From: Acidimicrobiia bacterium
GTDB lineage: Bacteria; Actinomycetota; Acidimicrobiia; Spongiisociales; Spongiisociaceae
Direction of reading: 5' to 3'
DNA: 64,000 nucleotides
Assembly (NCBI GenBank): GCA_041576165.1
Contig: JBFGLM010000010.1
Coordinates: 1-64,000 of the forward strand
The number at the start of each line of letters is the position of its first letter. Position 1 is the first letter of the stretch. The position numbers and the translations under genes are program-made. The notes under the pieces are model-generated. The model worked only from the letters and a program-made list of their open reading frames with translations. It was not told where the DNA came from and searched no databases. Shown piece by piece: positions 49,515 through 59,321 of this stretch.

Positions 49515-50510
49515 CTACTCCCGAGCCCGAATCTCCGCCAGATCCACCACCGTCCCCGTGGCTGCGCTCTCAACGATGCCCTCCAGGATCGCCACCACCT
49601 CGAAAGCCTCGGGTCCGCCCGTCTCGGGCGCCCTGCCGTTGCGCACGTTGACGGCGAACTCCTCCAGTTCGTCCCGGACGGTGTCGAGCGTCTCGACCGG
49701 CTGTTCGGTTCGGTCCTTCTCGCCGACCCGTTGGATGTAGAACTTCTCGCCGTCAACCTCGTTCCAGGCGGCCGCTTCGGTTCCCCACACGGCGGTGCGG
49801 GCGATGTCGGGGATCACCATGGCGGTCCCGAGTGATGCCAGGGCGCCGCTTTCGAATTCGAGAGTTGCATGGGTCACGTCGTCGAGGGTGCCGACGCCAA
49901 TCACCTGGCGGCTGAAGGCTGCCAGACGGGCCGGCCGACCCAGGAGATAGATGAGGTTGTCGGCCATGTGTACACCGAGGCCGGTCATCCCGCCGGCCGG
50001 GCTCTCGGCAGGGTCGCCCCGCCAGCCGGTCCGCGGATTGAGGCCTTTGGGATAGGACAGGTTGGCCTCGGCGTAGTGGATCATCCCGAACTCCCCTGCG
50101 TCGACCATCCCCCGGAGGCGACGAGTCGCGGGCTGGCGGCGGCGATTGTGGCCGACCTGCAAGATCACATCGGCGGCGTTGGCTGCCTCGATGGCCCGGC
50201 GGGCCTCGGCCACCGAAAGAGTGAACGGTTTGTCCACAAAGACGTGCTTACCCGCTGCGGCCGCCTCGGCGACGAGGTCGGCATGGGTCGAATGAGGCGT
50301 GGCGATCATCACTGCCTCGACCTCGGGGTCCGAAAGAAGCTCGTCGAGCGACTCGGCCGGGCGCAAGCCGTGGGTGCTGGCGAACTCTTCACGGGTTTCG
50401 CGGGTGCGGGCAAAACAGCTGACGAGATCGAGCCCTGCCATCTTGCCCTTGTCCGCAAGCATGCCGCCCCACCAACCCAATCCAATTGATCCGACGCGCA
50501 AAGGTTCCAC
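49515..50510 (-). CDS. Gfo/Idh/MocA family oxidoreductase
   Basis: GLGWWG, ATPHSTH, FVDKP, VGHNRR; GTG at 50510 with GAGGAG. Confidence 0.88.
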   Translation of the reverse strand: MEPLRVGSIGLGWWGGMLADKGKMAGLDLVSCFARTRETREEFASTHGLRPAESLDELLSDPEVEAVMIATPHSTHADLVAEAAAAGKHVFVDKPFTLSVAEARRAIEAANAADVILQVGHNRRRQPATRRLRGMVDAGEFGMIHYAEANLSYPKGLNPRTGWRGDPAESPAGGMTGLGVHMADNLIYLLGRPARLAAFSRQVIGVGTLDDVTHATLEFESGALASLGTAMVIPDIARTAVWGTEAAAWNEVDGEKFYIQRVGEKDRTEQPVETLDTVRDELEEFAVNVRNGRAPETGGPEAFEVVAILEGIVESAATGTVVDLAEIRARE

Positions 50511-50714
50511 TGATCGCTCCTCGGGCTCTGGGGAATCCAGCTGCGCTCGAGCGCCGACGCGGACGCAGAGCCAGGTGACCATACCTTCTCAGAGCTGCCG
50601 CCTCACATTCCCGTGGCCAGTCTTCGGGGGCCCAGTAGTGCGGGGCATCGTACGATGCCACCTTCACAAACCGTCGGCGCCGGTGGCTGGCGCCCCAACC
50701 ACAGGAGCAGAACC

Positions 50715-51704
50715 GTGCCCATCATTGACATGCATTCCCACTGGACGCCGCGCAGATACAAGGAGGCAGTGGAGGAACGAGGCGAGTGGTACGGCCTCGA
50801 CGGGAACGTGGGCGAGCTCAACCGTGGCGGCTTTGCCAAATCGTTACCCGATCGGTTGGCCGAGATGGACGCGCTCGGAGTGGAGATGCAACTCGTCACG
50901 CCGACTGTCGGGTTCTACCAGTACGACAGGGACGTCGATCTCACCACCCGCATCCACCGCGAATGCAACGCGGAGATCGTCGACTTGATGACCGAGTATC
51001 CGACCCGATTCGCCGGTCTGGCGATGGTGCCGATGCAGGACCCGGCGGCGGCCATCGGCGAGATGGAACGGGCTATGACCGAGCAGGGTTTCTCGGGAGT
51101 TGTGCTGAGCGACCATGTTGGTCCCAAGACATACGACGAACCCGAGTTCCTGCCCTTCTTTGCCGCCGCAGAGGAACTCGGCGCGATTCTCTTCTTCCAC
51201 CAGGGCGCCGACACCTGTGTCGGGGAGCGCATTCAGCGGTACAAGCTGACGAACGCGGTCGGCAATCTAACCGAGCGGACGCTTGTCTACGCGACGCTGG
51301 TGTTCGGTGGCGTGATGGATCGTTTCCCGGACCTGAAGCCGCTGCTCGCACACGGCGGCGGGTACACCGCGTATGGGATCGCCCGCATGGACAAAGTGGC
51401 GGGTGCGCTGGAGGGATCTGACGAGTTGGCGCCGCCCTTCCCCGAGCCCGACGCTTTCGCGCAGCAACTGCCGCCGAGCGAGTACCTGGGTCGTTTCCAC
51501 TATGACTGCTGCACGTACAGCGGACCGGTGCTGCGGTTTCTCATCGACACGGTGGGAATCGACAACGTGGTGCTTGGGACCGACTACCCCGCGCCGATGT
51601 TTCTGCCTGATCCGGTCAACTGGGTCAGAGGGTTGCCGGAGCTGACCGCCGGCGAACAGGAAGCGATCCTCGCCTCGAACCCGTCCACGCTGCTCGGGGT
51701 GTGA
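50715..51704 (+). CDS. Amidohydrolase_2 family protein
   Basis: IDMHSH, FFHQ, HGGGY, GTDYP; AGGAG RBS. Confidence 0.87.
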   Translation: MPIIDMHSHWTPRRYKEAVEERGEWYGLDGNVGELNRGGFAKSLPDRLAEMDALGVEMQLVTPTVGFYQYDRDVDLTTRIHRECNAEIVDLMTEYPTRFAGLAMVPMQDPAAAIGEMERAMTEQGFSGVVLSDHVGPKTYDEPEFLPFFAAAEELGAILFFHQGADTCVGERIQRYKLTNAVGNLTERTLVYATLVFGGVMDRFPDLKPLLAHGGGYTAYGIARMDKVAGALEGSDELAPPFPEPDAFAQQLPPSEYLGRFHYDCCTYSGPVLRFLIDTVGIDNVVLGTDYPAPMFLPDPVNWVRGLPELTAGEQEAILASNPSTLLGV

Positions 51705-51721
51705 CCCGAGCCCCAGCCCGT

Positions 51722-51740
51722 ATCATGCAAAATATATGGT
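51722..51740. promoter_or_regulatory. Shared operator site 4 (ATCA-TGCAAAATATA-TGGT)
   Basis: Short AT-rich intergenic region; shares CGTATCATGCA with site 3. Confidence 0.6.
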
Positions 51741-51780
51741 TTAGCCTGCGGCGCCTGGCCGAATGGTGGAGGAGAGGTGC

Positions 51781-52878
51781 ATGACGAGACAGAGACGAGA
51801 CATCGGACTCGGGGTTGTTGGCACCGGCAAGATCGGAATGCAGCGGGCCCGGCTGGCCGCCCAGCATCCGGCCGTGGATTTTCTCGGCCTGATGGACGCC
51901 GACCACAGCAAGGCTGTCGGGATCGCCGAAGACCTCGATGCTGATCTCGTGACTGAGACGGTGGAGGAACTGGCGGCGGATGAGCGGGTCGACGCCATCG
52001 TCATCTCGACCGACGAACCGCATCACACCGAGCCGGCGCTGGCAGCGCTGGCAGCCGAGAAGCCGGTCTTGATCGAAAAGCCGCTGGCGTTGACGCTGGC
52101 CGACGCCGACAAGATCGTTGCTGCGGCCCGGGCAGCCGGAGTCGACGTCCGGGTGGGATACTCGATGCGCTACCTCCAGAAGTACTCCGTCGGATGGGAC
52201 AACGTCGCCTCGGGCAAGATCGGTGACGTCGTCGGGCTCACGGGGAGGGTGTACAGCTCGCGGGCCCAGGGACTAACCATCCTCAATCGCTCGGCCGAGG
52301 CCACCCCAGTCATCGACGTCGCCACCTATCTGGTGGATGTCGCGTGCTGGTATCTCGCCCCGCAGGTCCCCGTCGAGGTGGTTGCGAGGGGACACGGAAG
52401 TGTGTTCCGGGATCATGGTTTTGACGTCGACGACGCGGCTTGGTCGCTTGTTCGCTTCAGCGATGGAAGCGTGGTCGACGTAGGCGTGTGCTACTCGCTG
52501 CCGGAGCGGTTCCCGACGACGGGCCAGAGCATCCGGCTGGAGGTCTTTGGTACTGAGGGCGCGTTGCTCATCGACGACGACCACCGCGACCAGATCCTCT
52601 ACACGGAACAGGGTTATAGGAACACATACGCCACCCACCAGGTGATGAACCTGGCGTTCCTGGGCAGCCGCAGCACAGGTGAGTGGGTGGGTGAGCAAAT
52701 GTTCGGACGTCTGGCCGACGAAACTCGTGCGTGGATCGATCATGTCGCGACCGGGGCGGGCTGCTATCTAACCACGGTGGACGAAGCCCGCACGGTGCTG
52801 GCCGTGACGCTGGCGATGGAAGAATCGCTCTCCACCGGCGCGGCGGTGGCGGTCGAGCCATCGGGAGGAGAAGCGTGA
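51781..52878 (+). CDS. Gfo/Idh/MocA family oxidoreductase
   Basis: GVVGTGKIG, LIEKP, GYSMRY. Confidence 0.88.
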   Translation: MTRQRRDIGLGVVGTGKIGMQRARLAAQHPAVDFLGLMDADHSKAVGIAEDLDADLVTETVEELAADERVDAIVISTDEPHHTEPALAALAAEKPVLIEKPLALTLADADKIVAAARAAGVDVRVGYSMRYLQKYSVGWDNVASGKIGDVVGLTGRVYSSRAQGLTILNRSAEATPVIDVATYLVDVACWYLAPQVPVEVVARGHGSVFRDHGFDVDDAAWSLVRFSDGSVVDVGVCYSLPERFPTTGQSIRLEVFGTEGALLIDDDHRDQILYTEQGYRNTYATHQVMNLAFLGSRSTGEWVGEQMFGRLADETRAWIDHVATGAGCYLTTVDEARTVLAVTLAMEESLSTGAAVAVEPSGGEA

Positions 52879-53903
52879 CCAGTATCGCCGTGGTCGGCAC
52901 TGGAGCCATCGGCGGCAGCGTCGCCGCCGACCTGACCGCAGCCGGCCACGATGTGACGATGATCGATCAGTGGCCGGCGCATGTGGAGCGGATGCGGGCG
53001 GAAGGCCTGCGGATAGAAATGCCCGACCTCAAGCTGCATGTGGACGTCAACGCCAATCACATTTGTGATTTGGCATCAATGAAGCCCAGCTTCGACATCG
53101 TTCTGGTGTGCGTGAAGTCCTACGACACCAAGTGGGCGGTTCAGCTGATTGAGCCGTACCTGGCCCGCAACGGCGTACTGGTTGGAATACAGAACTCCAT
53201 GAACGATGACGCCCACGGCGAGATCGTCGGTCGCGAGCGGACGGTCGGATGTGCGATCGAGCTCTCGGCGACCTTCACCGAGCCGGGGGTCGTGATCCGT
53301 AACACGACCCGGAAAGGGACGTGGCTCACGGTCGGAGAGCTGGACGGATCCGTCACGGCCAGGGTCGAGATGCTGGCAGGCCTCCTGTCGGAGGTGGCCC
53401 AAACGGAGATCACCACCAACATCTACGGTTCCAAGTGGACGAAGCTGGTTGCCAACAGCATGACCATGGGTCCCAATGGAATGTTCGGCCTCACCAACTG
53501 GGAAGCTGCGCGCTTGCCGGGCATGCGGGACATCTCGGTCAGCCTCGGTGTTGAGACCGTCGAGGTGGGGCGGGCTCTGGGCTATGAGCTGGAGCCGGTA
53601 TTCGGCCTGAGTCGCGAAGAGTTCACCGGCGACATCCACAATGTCCTGGGCAGGGCGATGGACACGCTCAACGCCCATGTCGGCAAAGACGCCGTCACCG
53701 CCGTGATCCAGGATCGGTGGCGGGGTCGGCGCAGCGAGTACGAGTTCATCACGGGGCTGGTGGTGCAAAAGGGTCGCGAGGTAGGCATAGATACGCCGTA
53801 CAACGACGCCGTATTCGAGATCAACGACCAGATCGATCGCGGCCACCTCGAAATGACCCCCGCCAACCTGGATCGCCTCAAGGCCTTGCTGGCAGAGGCG
53901 TGA
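52875..53903 (+). CDS. Ketopantoate reductase (ApbA/PanE) family protein
   Basis: GTGAIGG, VKSYD, IQNS, KWTKLVAN, RRSE. Confidence 0.86.
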   Translation: MTSIAVVGTGAIGGSVAADLTAAGHDVTMIDQWPAHVERMRAEGLRIEMPDLKLHVDVNANHICDLASMKPSFDIVLVCVKSYDTKWAVQLIEPYLARNGVLVGIQNSMNDDAHGEIVGRERTVGCAIELSATFTEPGVVIRNTTRKGTWLTVGELDGSVTARVEMLAGLLSEVAQTEITTNIYGSKWTKLVANSMTMGPNGMFGLTNWEAARLPGMRDISVSLGVETVEVGRALGYELEPVFGLSREEFTGDIHNVLGRAMDTLNAHVGKDAVTAVIQDRWRGRRSEYEFITGLVVQKGREVGIDTPYNDAVFEINDQIDRGHLEMTPANLDRLKALLAEA

Positions 53904-53934
53904 TCGTTCCTTTGCCCGAGCGTGGTCGGTTCGC

Positions 53935-54966
53935 ATGAATGAGTCGGTCGCGTTCGTGGGAGCGGGGGCGGTTGGGGGGAGCGTCGCCGCGGATTTGATC
54001 GACGCCGGGATTGAGCTGACGGTGGTCGATCAATGGCCAGAGCATGTTGAGGCCATGCGTCGGGGCGGATTACACGTGACCATGCCGGGGCGCGACGTTC
54101 ACGTACCGGTCGATGCCGGTCACCTGTGTGACCTGGCGTCCGGCAGACAAACCTTCGACACCGTGTTCACCGCCGTCAACGCGTACGACGCGAAATGGGT
54201 GGCGCGCCTGGTTGAGCCTTACCTGGCTTCGGATGGCGTGCTGGTCGGGATCCAAAACTCGATGACGATCCACGACCACGAGGCGGTGGTCGGGTCGGAC
54301 CGGACCGTGGGTTGCGTGGTCGAGCTGTCGGCCCAGATGTTCGAACCCGCAGTCATCCAGCGCAACACCGACCGCACCGCCACCTGGATAGCGGTCGGCG
54401 AACTCGACGGCTCCGTGACGAGGCGGGTAGAACGTCTGGCCGAGATGCTCTCGCACGCCGCGACCACCGCTGTCACCGCCAACATCTACGGCGCCAAGTG
54501 GACCAAGCTCGTCACGAACTCGATGATGATGGGCCCCTTTTGCCTCTTCGGCCTGCGGGAAAAAGAGGCGTCGCGACTGCCCGGCATGATGGAGATCTCG
54601 ATCAGGCTGGGGCGTGAAGCGGCCGTAGTCGGCGAGGCGCTCGGGTACCAGCTGGAACCGCTGTTCGGACTGACGCCGGAGGATTTCGCGGGTGGGGGCG
54701 ACGACGTGCTGGCCAAAGCGCTCACGACGCTGCTCGACGATGTCGGCGAACAGGCGCTCAACACGATGATCCAGGACCACCTCAAAGGGCGCCGCAGTGA
54801 ATACGAGCTGATCAACGGGCTCGTGGCTCGCCACGGCGCCGAACTGGGCGTACCCACTCCGGCCAACGATGCGGTGGTCGAGCTGTCTCGCCAGATCGAC
54901 CGCGGACAGCTCGAGATGACTCCCGACAACCTAGACCGCCTGAAGTCGCTGATCGCTGAGGGCTGA
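53935..54966 (+). CDS. Ketopantoate reductase family protein, tandem paralogue
   Basis: GAGAVGG, IQNS, KWTKLVTN, RRSEYELING. Confidence 0.86.
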   Translation: MNESVAFVGAGAVGGSVAADLIDAGIELTVVDQWPEHVEAMRRGGLHVTMPGRDVHVPVDAGHLCDLASGRQTFDTVFTAVNAYDAKWVARLVEPYLASDGVLVGIQNSMTIHDHEAVVGSDRTVGCVVELSAQMFEPAVIQRNTDRTATWIAVGELDGSVTRRVERLAEMLSHAATTAVTANIYGAKWTKLVTNSMMMGPFCLFGLREKEASRLPGMMEISIRLGREAAVVGEALGYQLEPLFGLTPEDFAGGGDDVLAKALTTLLDDVGEQALNTMIQDHLKGRRSEYELINGLVARHGAELGVPTPANDAVVELSRQIDRGQLEMTPDNLDRLKSLIAEG

Positions 54967-55022
54967 AGGCTGCAGCACGGAGGATCCGCCTGCGTTTGTT
55001 GACCGGCCGGAGAGCGCCCCGT

Positions 55023-55041
55023 ATTCTGCATTATGTAGGAT
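55023..55041. promoter_or_regulatory. Shared operator site 5 (ATTCTGCATTATGTAGGAT)
   Basis: Most symmetrical instance, 19-bp near palindrome upstream of the ABC operon. Confidence 0.65.
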
Positions 55042-55362
55042 TTGCGATTCTCGCCTGCGAGGACGATTGCGCCGGCCGAGGCAAGGGAGGAGAGGATCAA
55101 GGTGCCTGCTGCTGTCGAGCCCATCCTCTCCAGTGGTCGGACGTGCGGTTGGTGACGACGACGACCCCGGGCTCACCGCCCGGAAGCTTCGATCGGGCGC
55201 TGTCCGCGAGTGGACTGCCAGCACCTCGCCGCGCCGCTGTGGGGCGGGAGGCGCCCTGAGCCACTCGATTGTTTAGAGAGGTCCGGCCAACCGCTGATCT
55301 GCGCTCAGATTCAACGGCTGGCCGACACACAAACACCTAGGAGGGAGACAAAGGTGATCACC

Positions 55363-56709
55363 ATGTCGAGAAGACACTGGTTACTGAAACTCATGGCATT
55401 GCTGGCCGTCCTGGCTCTGGTGGCTGCGGCCTGCGGCGGCGACGACGAGCCTGCGGCGACCACTGCTGCTGAGGCCGACGAGGGCACCACGGAGGAGACC
55501 GCAGCCGCTGGCGAACAGGTCGATCTGTTGATCTGGGCTTCCCGCGACTACTACCGCCCGCCGGATCTCTGGCAGGGCTTCATGGAAGACAACCCGAACA
55601 TCAACGTGACCGTCCAAGTCGAAGCGAACGACGACATCCTCCAACAGATGCAGCGTATGCAGGACGCCGGCCAGCGGTTGCCTGACGTCATCCAGGACGA
55701 CACGTTCCTGATCGAGGCCTACGCCAACGCCGGCCTGCTGATGGATCACACGCCGCTGAAGGAACGGTGGGAGCAGGAGGACCCCGACGCGTACAACGAG
55801 ATCCTCCCGATCGCGTGGGAAGAGAACCTCTTCCCGGCCGATGACCCGACCGGGCTGTACGGCGTGTCGCTGACCGCCAACTTCGACATCATCTACTACA
55901 ACATCCCGGTGTGTGAGGCAGCCGGCGTCAACTGCTCCGAGATCACGACCCTCGACGGCTTCCTCGAGGCGATGCGGGAGGTCAAGGCGGCGAGTCCAGA
56001 CATCATCCCGCTGACGGTCCAGGCGCTGCCCGGCACCGGCGTCACGACGCTCAAGACCATGTTCAGCGCGGCCGGCGCACCGTACGACGGGGCGGTCCCG
56101 GACCTGCAATCAGAGGGTGGGATCTACACGCTGCAATGGTTCCTGGATGCTTCGAATGATGGGCTGCTGCCCCCCGAGGCGATCACCTGGGGTGAGGATC
56201 AGGCGCGTGCGGCCTTTGCCGGCCAACGGGCGGCCTTCATCCTCGACGGGTTCACTGTGGCCGGTGAGTACAACGCAGTCGAGGGCTTCGAACTCGGATC
56301 GGGCTGGGGCGTGGTTCCTTCGCCCACCCGGGGCGACGGCAACCAGATCTCCAACGCGAGGACCTGGGCCGTCACCACCGGCGCCGAGGAGCGGGGCGTC
56401 GAGTGGGAGGCCTTCCAGGCGATCGCCCACGTCGGCACGGTGGATCAGCTGGTTGATGCTGCAGCGGGTGGCTCGGTGCCCATGCGCAACAGCGTTGCGC
56501 TCGCAGATCCGCGGCTCGATGAGATCTGGCCGTTCTTCGACGAGAACCTCCGGGCGGCATATTCCGGGAGCGACTCCGTCCCGGCCGGCCTCAACGGTGG
56601 CGAGGTCGAACTGGTGCTGGAGGAACTCTTCGGCGAGATCGTCGTTGGGACGGACAAAACGGCCCAAGAGCTCGCAGACGAGTACCAGCCCAAGCTCGAT
56701 GCGCTGTAA
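55363..56709 (+). CDS. Carbohydrate ABC transporter substrate-binding lipoprotein
   Basis: Lipobox LVAAAC, LPDV, IYYN; followed by two CUT1 permeases. Confidence 0.87.
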   Translation: MSRRHWLLKLMALLAVLALVAAACGGDDEPAATTAAEADEGTTEETAAAGEQVDLLIWASRDYYRPPDLWQGFMEDNPNINVTVQVEANDDILQQMQRMQDAGQRLPDVIQDDTFLIEAYANAGLLMDHTPLKERWEQEDPDAYNEILPIAWEENLFPADDPTGLYGVSLTANFDIIYYNIPVCEAAGVNCSEITTLDGFLEAMREVKAASPDIIPLTVQALPGTGVTTLKTMFSAAGAPYDGAVPDLQSEGGIYTLQWFLDASNDGLLPPEAITWGEDQARAAFAGQRAAFILDGFTVAGEYNAVEGFELGSGWGVVPSPTRGDGNQISNARTWAVTTGAEERGVEWEAFQAIAHVGTVDQLVDAAAGGSVPMRNSVALADPRLDEIWPFFDENLRAAYSGSDSVPAGLNGGEVELVLEELFGEIVVGTDKTAQELADEYQPKLDAL

Positions 56710-56730
56710 GTCCAACACGCAATGACCCGA

Positions 56731-56778
56731 CGCCTGCGCACGCCGTTTCCGTTCAAGCGGATCCGGCGTGCGCAGGCG
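56731..56778 (+). terminator. Strong intercistronic stem-loop after the SBP gene
   Basis: 15-bp perfect inverted repeat CGCCTGCGCACGCCG / CGGCGTGCGCAGGCG. Confidence 0.75.
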
Positions 56779-56822
56779 GTCGATTTCGGGCATGCTTGCT
56801 TGGACGTCATTGGAACGGGTAG

Positions 56823-57758
56823 ATGACCGCAACCCGTGAACGCACTGGGAGCCCGGAGGCGGTCTCCGTCGAGCCCTCGGCCGGCCCGATCGGCCAGAGC
56901 AAGCTCACGCCGTACCTGTTCTCGTTCCCCGCCATTCTGGCCGTGAGCGCGATGCTGGCGTTCCCGGTCCTATACGGAATCTGGGAGAGCCTGTACCGGG
57001 CGCCTGAGCTGGGCCTGCCGGAGGAGTTCGTCGGTGCCCAGAACTACATCGACATGTTCGGCGATGGCGATTTCTGGAACGCCCTCTACCGGACGGCCAT
57101 CTTCGTAAGCGGTTGCCTCCTGGTCGGCACCTCGCTCGGGTTGTTCTTCGCGTTTGCGTTGTTCCGGGCCGCCGGCCGCCTGCGTTTCATGCGGGCGACG
57201 ACGCTCGCGCCCTATCTCATCTCGAATGTCGCCGCCGCGGTGATGTTCCGTATCCTGTTCCAGTCGGACCTCGGCCTGATCAATGAAACTCTCGCCTGGG
57301 TTGGCATCGACGGGCCGTCATGGTTGTCGGACACGACGTGGGCGATGGCGGTCGTCATCTTCACGCAGGTCTGGACCGACATACCGCTGACGATCTTGCT
57401 GTTGCTCGGGGGCCTGATGACCATCGATCAGTCGTACCTCGATGCCGCCCTCGTCGACGGCGCGTCGGGCTGGCAGCGGGCTCGTCATCTAACCATTCCT
57501 CTGCTGGCTCCCCAGCTCGTGATCACCACAGTCTGGCTGAGCTACTCGACGCTCACCGGGTTGGGCGTGGTCCTGGCGCTCACCGGTGGCGGCCCGCTCG
57601 GCTCCACAACGACGATGGCAATGGAGATGTACAACGTCGCCTTTCGAGCGCTCAAGTTCAACCAGGCACTGGCGCTGGCGACCTTCATCCTGGTGCTGAA
57701 CGCCCTGCTCACGCTGATGTACATCACGGTCGCCCGCAGATACGAGATCGAGCTCTGA
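56823..57758 (+). CDS. Carbohydrate ABC transporter permease
   Basis: FVGAQNY, DAALVDGAS (EAA-like motif). Confidence 0.9.
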   Translation: MTATRERTGSPEAVSVEPSAGPIGQSKLTPYLFSFPAILAVSAMLAFPVLYGIWESLYRAPELGLPEEFVGAQNYIDMFGDGDFWNALYRTAIFVSGCLLVGTSLGLFFAFALFRAAGRLRFMRATTLAPYLISNVAAAVMFRILFQSDLGLINETLAWVGIDGPSWLSDTTWAMAVVIFTQVWTDIPLTILLLLGGLMTIDQSYLDAALVDGASGWQRARHLTIPLLAPQLVITTVWLSYSTLTGLGVVLALTGGGPLGSTTTMAMEMYNVAFRALKFNQALALATFILVLNALLTLMYITVARRYEIEL

Positions 57759-58648
57759 TGGCGACCGCATCTGCCACCCCCGGTATCACGGAACGCCACA
57801 TAGCCGGCACCAGCAGGTCTCCGCTGGCCAGGCTCGGCCGTCGGACGCTCGTTGGGCTGCCCCTGCTGCTGCTGGCGTTGTGGACGTTCATCCCGTTCCT
57901 GATCACGATCTCGATCTCGTTCAAGTCCAAGTTCGAGTCCTATGCCAACCTCGGGCTGATTCCGGCAGATCCGACCCTGGCGGCGTATCGGGAGGTCCTG
58001 GCCGATCCCAACTTCGTATCCGCTTTCATCAACAGCATCATCGTGGGTTTCGGCACGGCCATCCTGACGACGATCATCGGACTCCCGGCCGCGTATGCGT
58101 TCGCCCGGTTCCGGTTCCGGGGACGGCATCTGCTGCTGCTGTTCACCCTGCTGCCCCGCCTCGTGCCGAGCATCGGGATCATGGTCCCCATCTACCGGCT
58201 CGCCGTCGTCACCGGGATGCTCGACCGGCGGCTTACCCTGATCATCGTCTACACCGGGATGCTCGCACCGCTGGCCGTGTGGTTGATGGTGGGCTTCTTC
58301 CAACAGATCCCGCGCGACATCGAAGAGGCCGCGGACGTCGACGGCGCCTCCCTGTGGCAGCGCATGCTGCATATCGTCGTACCCCTCGCCGCTCCGGCGC
58401 TGATCACCATCGCGGTGCTGGCGTTCCGGGAGGCCTGGAACGAGTTCACTCTCGTCCTCGTACTCACGACAACGGCGGAGACCCGAACTCTCCCGTTCGC
58501 ACTGTTCAAGCTCGGTCAGAGCGAGGGACTGACCAACTTCCCGGCGGAGGCGGCGTTCGCGATCATCACGGTGCTGCCCTTCATCCTGGTGTACACGCGG
58601 ATCGAGCGTTACGTGGTTGCCGGCCTAACGGCGGGATCCTCCAAGTAG
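57758..58648 (+). CDS. Carbohydrate ABC transporter permease
   Basis: AAYAFARFRFRG, EEAADVDGAS, AWNEF. Confidence 0.9.
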   Translation: MATASATPGITERHIAGTSRSPLARLGRRTLVGLPLLLLALWTFIPFLITISISFKSKFESYANLGLIPADPTLAAYREVLADPNFVSAFINSIIVGFGTAILTTIIGLPAAYAFARFRFRGRHLLLLFTLLPRLVPSIGIMVPIYRLAVVTGMLDRRLTLIIVYTGMLAPLAVWLMVGFFQQIPRDIEEAADVDGASLWQRMLHIVVPLAAPALITIAVLAFREAWNEFTLVLVLTTTAETRTLPFALFKLGQSEGLTNFPAEAAFAIITVLPFILVYTRIERYVVAGLTAGSSK

Positions 58649-58663
58649 TGGCCGCAGCGGGTG

Positions 58664-59158
58664 TCACTCCTCCGGCGGCAAGATCAGCATTGGGCAGCGG
58701 CACCGCTGTATGCATTGATGCGCCACCGAGCCCAGCAGCATCCCGGCAAATCCGCCCAGCCCCCGCGTTCCGATCACCACCAGGTCGGCGTCACGAGACG
58801 CATCCAACAACGCATCGGCCGGGTCATCGGACGCAATGACCACGAGGCCCGGCTTCGGGCCGGACATCCCCTCGGTGGCGTCGGCGACGAATCGCTCGAG
58901 GGCGGCATAGGCGGTGCCGGCCGCTTGTTCATCGGGATTCGGGCGGGGGTCGTTCGCATCGTCCGGAGATATCGGTCCCATTCCGACACCAATCCCGATC
59001 GGCAAGCTGATCAGGTCATCTGCGAACGCGCGCCGGGGCGGCCGGAACACGTGCACGGCGTCGAGCGTGGCATCCCGGAGAGCGGCCTCTTCAACGGCCC
59101 GGCGGAGCGCCCGCTTCGAATGCTCCGACCCGTCGACGCCAACGACGATCCGTGGCAT
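58664..59158 (-). CDS. Universal stress protein
   Basis: RIVVGVDGSEHS, DLVVIGTRGLGG...LLGSV. Confidence 0.92.
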   Translation of the reverse strand: MPRIVVGVDGSEHSKRALRRAVEEAALRDATLDAVHVFRPPRRAFADDLISLPIGIGVGMGPISPDDANDPRPNPDEQAAGTAYAALERFVADATEGMSGPKPGLVVIASDDPADALLDASRDADLVVIGTRGLGGFAGMLLGSVAHQCIQRCRCPMLILPPEE

Positions 59159-59278
59159 GTTTCTCCGATCTTCGCTTCGGTCTGACCGTGCCGTACGGGG
59201 AGAGTTGCCGCCAGGGGAAGACGACCCGGCTTGGCGTGACAGTCGGAGTTGGCGCCGGTGACGGCCGGCGGCAGCGCG

Positions 59279-59297
59279 CACCTATATGATCCAGGCC
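59279..59297. promoter_or_regulatory. Shared operator site 6 (TATATGATCCA core)
   Basis: Reverse complement TGGATCATATA, one mismatch to sites 1 and 3. Confidence 0.5.
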
Positions 59298-59321
59298 GGC
59301 CCGCACGGAGGGATGGAGCAC

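Noticed and set aside
55363-58648. Sugar ABC operon lacking an ATPase
   Set aside because: Normal in Actinobacteria, which share an MsiK-type ATPase.
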